Shown piece after piece: positions 15,068 to 20,000 of a stretch of 20,000 bases of DNA; positions within the stretch are counted from its first letter, which is position 1; the number at the start of each line of letters is the position of its first letter. Under the pieces are notes generated by a model. It did no database searches, was not told the origin of the DNA, and saw only the letters and a list, made by a program, of their open reading frames with translations. Position numbers and translations under genes: made by a program. The DNA lies in the NCBI GenBank assembly GCA_027604505.1, contig JADIIX010000124.1, positions 46,300 through 66,299 on the forward strand, in the 5' to 3' direction. Source of the stretch: Gonapodya sp. JEL0774 (lineage: Eukaryota).

Positions 15068-15404
15068 CTGACATTCCTGAGTTGAACTGTTGCCTGATCC
15101 CTGGCACCAAATTCTGCTGCACACAGTTGTTCCGGAGTTCCATGCACTCCCGACAAACGCTGTAACAAAACTAAATGGGAGGCACTACAGTTGATGGTTT
15201 CACATGCATATACTAATTTCTTGGCTTGTAAATACAAATATGAGATGACTCAAGCTTCCTATAATTAGAGTAGGCTGCCAATACTCGTTGAAATTGATGT
15301 ATTTTCATGTGTTGCAGGTTTCATGGTCCGCGGTGCTCTCGGACCGACCGATTGCCTGCTGACTCTCAGCCTCTTTGCGGGAAAGGGAAACGGCATGCAA
15401 CCCA

Positions 15405-16755
15405 ATGAACGTCCAGCGCTCCCCATCGCTCGCCCCGTCCGGGTTCAGCAACCCATCTTCCACATTTTCCTCGCAAATCGCGAGAATAGAAGCCACCAGC
15501 AATAACCAGCTCCTCCTGCCACCTCCGAGCTCCCCAACACCCACCCTCACCTCCCATCGCACTTCCTTCTCAGCAATCAACCATCCAGTAGCTTCGGCAA
15601 AACAACCGCTCGTTTATTGGTCTGATAAGCGATTTTGGTCGACAGACATTCGGAGAGACATCAGGGCAGACAACTCCTGGCGTCGCCGAAATGCGTGGCA
15701 GACACCTTTTCACATATATTTTTTAGTAAGTGATGGGTGAGATTGTAGTCTGTCTTGTAGGGTTTGACACTGACATACCTGAGATGTCCTCCTTGGGTGT
15801 TCAGATCCTCCTTCTGTTCTTCACTTTCAGTATCGTGGTATTCTGCTCCACAACATCTTTCTTCCTGGAGCCATTGACGGGAATATCCAATGTTGTGGGA
15901 TGGATACTTTGGGGCGCCGGTGGGGCCCTGATGGGTGTACTCATTTTGTACGTGACGATCGTGGAGGTAGAAGCACCCCAAGTGCGTCAAGCCGGCAAAC
16001 CCCGAAATCTTGACTTCGTTAAAACTGTGGGGGTTCATGTAATAGACAATGGGGTGTGTGGGATATGTTGCGTGTCCGTGTAAGTGTCACCCGTCTGCAC
16101 GACCCTCGCAACACTAATGATGCTGATTTTTCTCGCCTCTGGTTGTTTGCTTGCAGCCCTGCACGTACACGTCATTGTAAGAGTTGTAACAAATGTGTGT
16201 CGGATTTCGATCACCACTGCCCCTATTTAAATACCTGTATAGCTGGTCGGAATTACAGGTGAGAACACCGATGTGTTACAAGTCCACAAGTATCTGATTT
16301 TCGGTACCACGCTATTCAGCGGCTTTCTCGCTCTTGTTACTGTTGTTATCCTAATGTCAGCCTTTTCCGTACTGATATCTTTTCGCGTATTTGTCGCCTT
16401 CTTCATCAACCGTACCGTGTTTGTTGAAACCATTTCCAACACGTGGCAAGTGGATCGGGATAAAGCGGGCCTGTACGACCTTGCAGCGGTTCTCGCATTT
16501 GTGCAAGGAATAATTGGTATGCTGGTATTCATCATGGCGACCGGATTGGGAGTGTTCCACGCCTATCTTCGTACGTATTTCCAAAGCGACTTGTGTACTT
16601 TCCTCCGATAGCTTGGTGTTGCTCGCTCAACTGCGTTCGCTCGTAAATTTACAGGATTTCTGGGCATGTCTACATTTGAATTCAACAACGCCATCGGCCG
16701 TCCGAGCATACGACTGAGAGTCCAAGACATTGCGAGATCCGTGATTCACCGATGA
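15405..16755 (+). CDS. DHHC protein S-acyltransferase (palmitoyltransferase), ZDHHC1/11-like
   Basis: Exons 15405-15725, 15805-16079, 16157-16258, 16320-16570, 16655-16755. Cys-rich domain [41 protein letters not shown], two hydrophobic segments on each side, TTxE-like GMSTFEF, N-terminal [10 protein letters not shown]. Start codon is a best guess. Confidence 0.9.
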
Positions 16756-16905
16756 CGTAAATGCATGAGATTTTAATTATATACGATTTGAGCATTTATG
16801 AATATTGATTGATGTCACTGTAAATCTGAACGGATGCAAACAACCAAAACAACAAAGAACAAAGCCTAAAACCTTTACACTTCCAGCTCTCCCAACACAA
16901 AACTT

Positions 16906-18350
16906 TCACTCTTCTTTCACGGGGACAGTTCCTTCGATCATGGCTTTTCTAGTGCTCCCACCTACCCACTTGTGATCCTGCATCGTTCCAGATACGAGTT
17001 TCAAAACTCCACTCGCAACCTTCCAGGGCCATAATATTAAGTCCATAAAGGATGCAACGTATTGGAACAAAAGGCTGAGCGTTCCGAGGTGAAGTAAGCG
17101 CTCGGGAGTGGTGGGAACGTCGCGGGACGCTTGGAGCTTGAGAAAGAGCTCCTCCGACTCCATGAGCCGGCGTTCCAGCTCCCGGAACCTCTGCTCGTCC
17201 ATTTCCATCTTTGACGAACCACGTCTTTCCACCTTGCGCACGGTCCTGGCAATTTTATCCAACGACGGTCCCACAACCTTTTCCTTGACCGACTCTACTT
17301 CTTCCCTAGTTGCGCCCTCTCTCTGCAAAACTTCTACGGTTCTTTCCAGCTCGCTGATGCGGTGGAGCAACGAGTCCACTTCTGTGACCGGTGTAGCGAT
17401 CTCCTTTTTCAAATAGAGGGTACGTTCCCGTAGGAGCTCGACTACCTCACCGAGCGGGCGCAAAGTCGCCACAAAGACGAAAGCCCCAATGTTAAGCTGT
17501 TTGACGATGGGCCCGTTGGAGGAGAAGAGGTTGTCTTTGCCAATCTTGAGTGCTATCCCCGCGAGGATCGGCGACGACAAATAGAGGACGAGGTAGACCA
17601 TTTGCCAGCGGAACAGTTCCCGCTCGGCAGCCTCCTGTGCTTCTCTGACGGCGGCAGATGACGGCGAGGGACCCCCGCCAGTCCGGCCTTCCTTCAAGGA
17701 ACCTTCAAAGTCGGTTTCTTCAAGGGTGGACTCGAGAACGCGGCTCATTGGTGTCTGAACACGAGACTTTTGGTACAACTCGTACGGTACTGGTCCGGTG
17801 TTGCGGAGAGAGTGTGACACAGAGTGAGCTATTGTTCAAAGTAAAACGAGCGCACGTCCAGCTCACCGCTAATAATAAAGTGCAAATAATACGCCACCAG
17901 AAACATGGCGAACAAATCTCCCCAAATCTCCGACTTTTGCGGCACGAAGGTGGCCAAGAGCGGCGGCAAGAGCGCAATGGCCAGCGGGACCGAGGAATGG
18001 CCTTGGAACCCCCCGGACGATTCCGGAGCTGGTTCCACATCTGGAGCGGACTGGTAGTCCGTAGGAGAATGTTGAGCGCTACCGTACGAAGTCGATTGTG
18101 CAGCGAAAGAAGGTCTCATGGTGGACGATGACGGTGTGTTGTTGTAGGTAGCCCCCAAAGGAAACGAGCCTTGCGGAAACTCTTGAAACGTCTCGTTGTA
18201 TCCCTCGTCCGCCAGGGTCTTTGTAGACGAAGATGCAGACATTGGTTTCGTCGCAAACAAGGACGGAGCAGACTTTGGTGGGGTGGTGGACGTGGTGACC
18301 GAGGGCCGGTCAAACAGGGAGGGCTTTCTGGAACGAGGGCTGTCGGACAT
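16906..18350 (-). CDS. Uncharacterised multi-pass membrane protein with C-terminal coiled coil (resembles a conserved fungal family of unknown function)
   Basis: Exons 18350-17867 and 17789-16906 (GTGAGC...CCAG, phase 1). Ser/Thr-rich N-terminus, hydrophobic blocks SVPLAIALLPPLLATF, IWGDLFAMFLVAYYLHFIISVPYELY, MVYLVLYLSSPILAGIAL, LNIGAFVFVATLRPL...RTLYL, then a heptad-rich region and a hydrophobic C-terminal block. Family resemblance is from memory, not a search. Confidence 0.8.
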
Positions 18351-18849
18351 TCTTGTCCCAACAACAGCCAGATACGATTTGCGATACCCCGATTTGTTGG
18401 TTTGTGGGCGGATCACGGTCTGGCAGCAACGAGTTTGCGATTTTACGGGAACGGACTGACTGTGTTGTTGAGACAGCCCATTCAAAGGGATGATGTCTCA
18501 GGTTTGCATGTGAAAACGAGGCTCAGTTTGTGTCCCTTGGTATTTTCCTGCAACAGCTCAATTTCTCCAAAAGACCGGTATTTCGGTTTTTGCATATCTG
18601 CTGAAAACCGAGGGAACACATGTTTGCATTCACTCCGCGTCTGCTGCCGAGTGTCTCCCGCGACACTAAAAAAAAGAAGGATCCCCTTGCAGCCCCATGC
18701 CCAGAAAATCTCTGACACGTGATACTATTATGTTATTGTTCGTCTATAAAATGCACATGATGCACCTGTTTCAAAGTACGGCTTCGAGGCTCGAGCACAA
18801 ATCCCCCTCTCGCCCCACTCTGTCATCCCCCGTTCCACTACCACCCTAT

Positions 18850-19836
18850 TCACCGCCTCGTATACACCACATCCGTCGGCTTGGTGGGCATGACGACCAA
18901 GCTGGTGAAATCTCTTTGCGGCATGACGCGTTTTTTGGTGACGGGATCCACGGGCAGCTCGAACGTAAAGTTGCGGATGAGGATGGACATGATGGTTTTG
19001 ATCTGGACGTAGGCGAAACTCTCGCCGATGCAGCGGTGGCGGCCTGGAACGAACGAGACCCACGACGCACGACGGATTCCCAAGCAAAAGAGGGCACATA
19101 CAATAAAACAAACGACAGGGCCATGAATCAGTACGTCCCCCGCAGCGCCAAACCTGTACACCACCGCGCACCGAAACCAAACCAACACGACAACTCACCA
19201 GCACCGAACGGTAAGTAACTACTCCTGGCCCCCTTTGCCTCATACGTGTCCCCAAACGTCCACTCGCTGTTCTCCCCCGGCGCACTGCCACCGGGCTCGG
19301 CCTTCTTGTAAAACCGATACGGATCGAACCTCTCCGCGTCGGGGTACACGGACTCGTCGATCTGGCTGATGGAGGGCATGCCCAGGATGGTGTCGCCCGC
19401 GGGGATGGTGTACCCGTTGAAGGTCACGTCCCGGGTCACTTTGCGCATGGCGGCGATGAGCGGGGGGCGGATGCGGAGGATCTCCTTGATGCACGCTTCG
19501 AGGAGGGGGAGCCTCTTGAGGTCGTCAAAGTCGAGTGGGCGGAGGGACGAAGGGGGGGCGGACGGGTCGCCAGTGAGGGCTTCGGCCTGTTCCTTGTAGA
19601 GGGCCTCTCTGGAGAAGGAACAATCAGGGCCAAGTATGTTAACAAACGACGGCTCTACGTCCGACGGGCGGTCCAAAACAAAACAAAACAATAAAAGTAA
19701 CACAAAACAAAAACACCCACTGCAACTCGGGTTCCCCCGCCAGGTACAGCATGAGCCAGCTGGACGTGGTACTGCTGGTGTGTTGGCCAGCCAGCAAGAG
19801 GGCGATCATGATACAGGCGATGGCCGAGTCGGACAA
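18850..19836 (-). CDS. ERG11: Sterol 14-alpha-demethylase cytochrome P450 (CYP51), 3' part only; gene continues beyond the window
   Basis: Exons 19836-19721, 19608-19199, 19043-18850; 19837-20000 appears intronic. I-helix MIALLLAGQHTSS (CYP51 signature), K-helix IKEILRIRPP, AERFDPYRF, heme motif YLPFGAGRHRCIGESFAY. Confidence 0.95.
19675..19714. repeat. Degenerate (AAAAC)n / (GTTTT)n simple repeat inside CYP51 intron 19720-19609
   Basis: aaaacaaaacaaaac...acaaaacaaaaac read directly; a short (TGGTG)3 also lies at 19838-19852 next to an acceptor. Confidence 0.7.
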
Positions 19837-20000
19837 CTGGTGTGGTGTGGTGTCCCGAGGTGCGAGAGGTGAAGGTGAGCAGCGTGTCCAAAAAATCAGA
19901 AATTAAAACACAGAGACGCGAAAGAAAAAGAAAACAAAGTAAGTAAATCATTAGAGCGAATATTCGTAACACTCAACGAGCACCTCTGACCCCCCGCCCG

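Overview
Gene-dense eukaryotic nuclear DNA with short spliceosomal introns (mostly about 55-155 nt), standard genetic code. Protein features (fungal-type CYP51 insertion, LRR-bearing Ccr4, a fungal conserved membrane protein) point to a fungus; high intron density and a ZDHHC1/11-like PAT suggest an early-diverging (chytrid-grade) lineage (inference). I manually spliced ten protein-coding genes: CUS2/HTATSF1 (+, 5' truncated), a DmpA/S58 aminopeptidase (+), GND1 (-), SUP45/eRF1 (+), a C2H2/AT-hook transcription factor (-), CCR4 (-), TRM112 (+), a DHHC palmitoyltransferase (+), an uncharacterised membrane protein (-) and CYP51/ERG11 (-, 5' truncated). No RNA genes, mobile elements or CRISPR arrays were found. 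I cannot support a new multi-gene system here. The best leads are in gene architecture: a 3-nt micro-exon supplying a conserved Thr in the 12-intron DmpA gene, two GC-AG introns, a PTS2-like N-terminus on 6-phosphogluconate dehydrogenase, and a very tight head-to-head CCR4/TRM112 pair. All exon models are by-eye predictions without transcript data.
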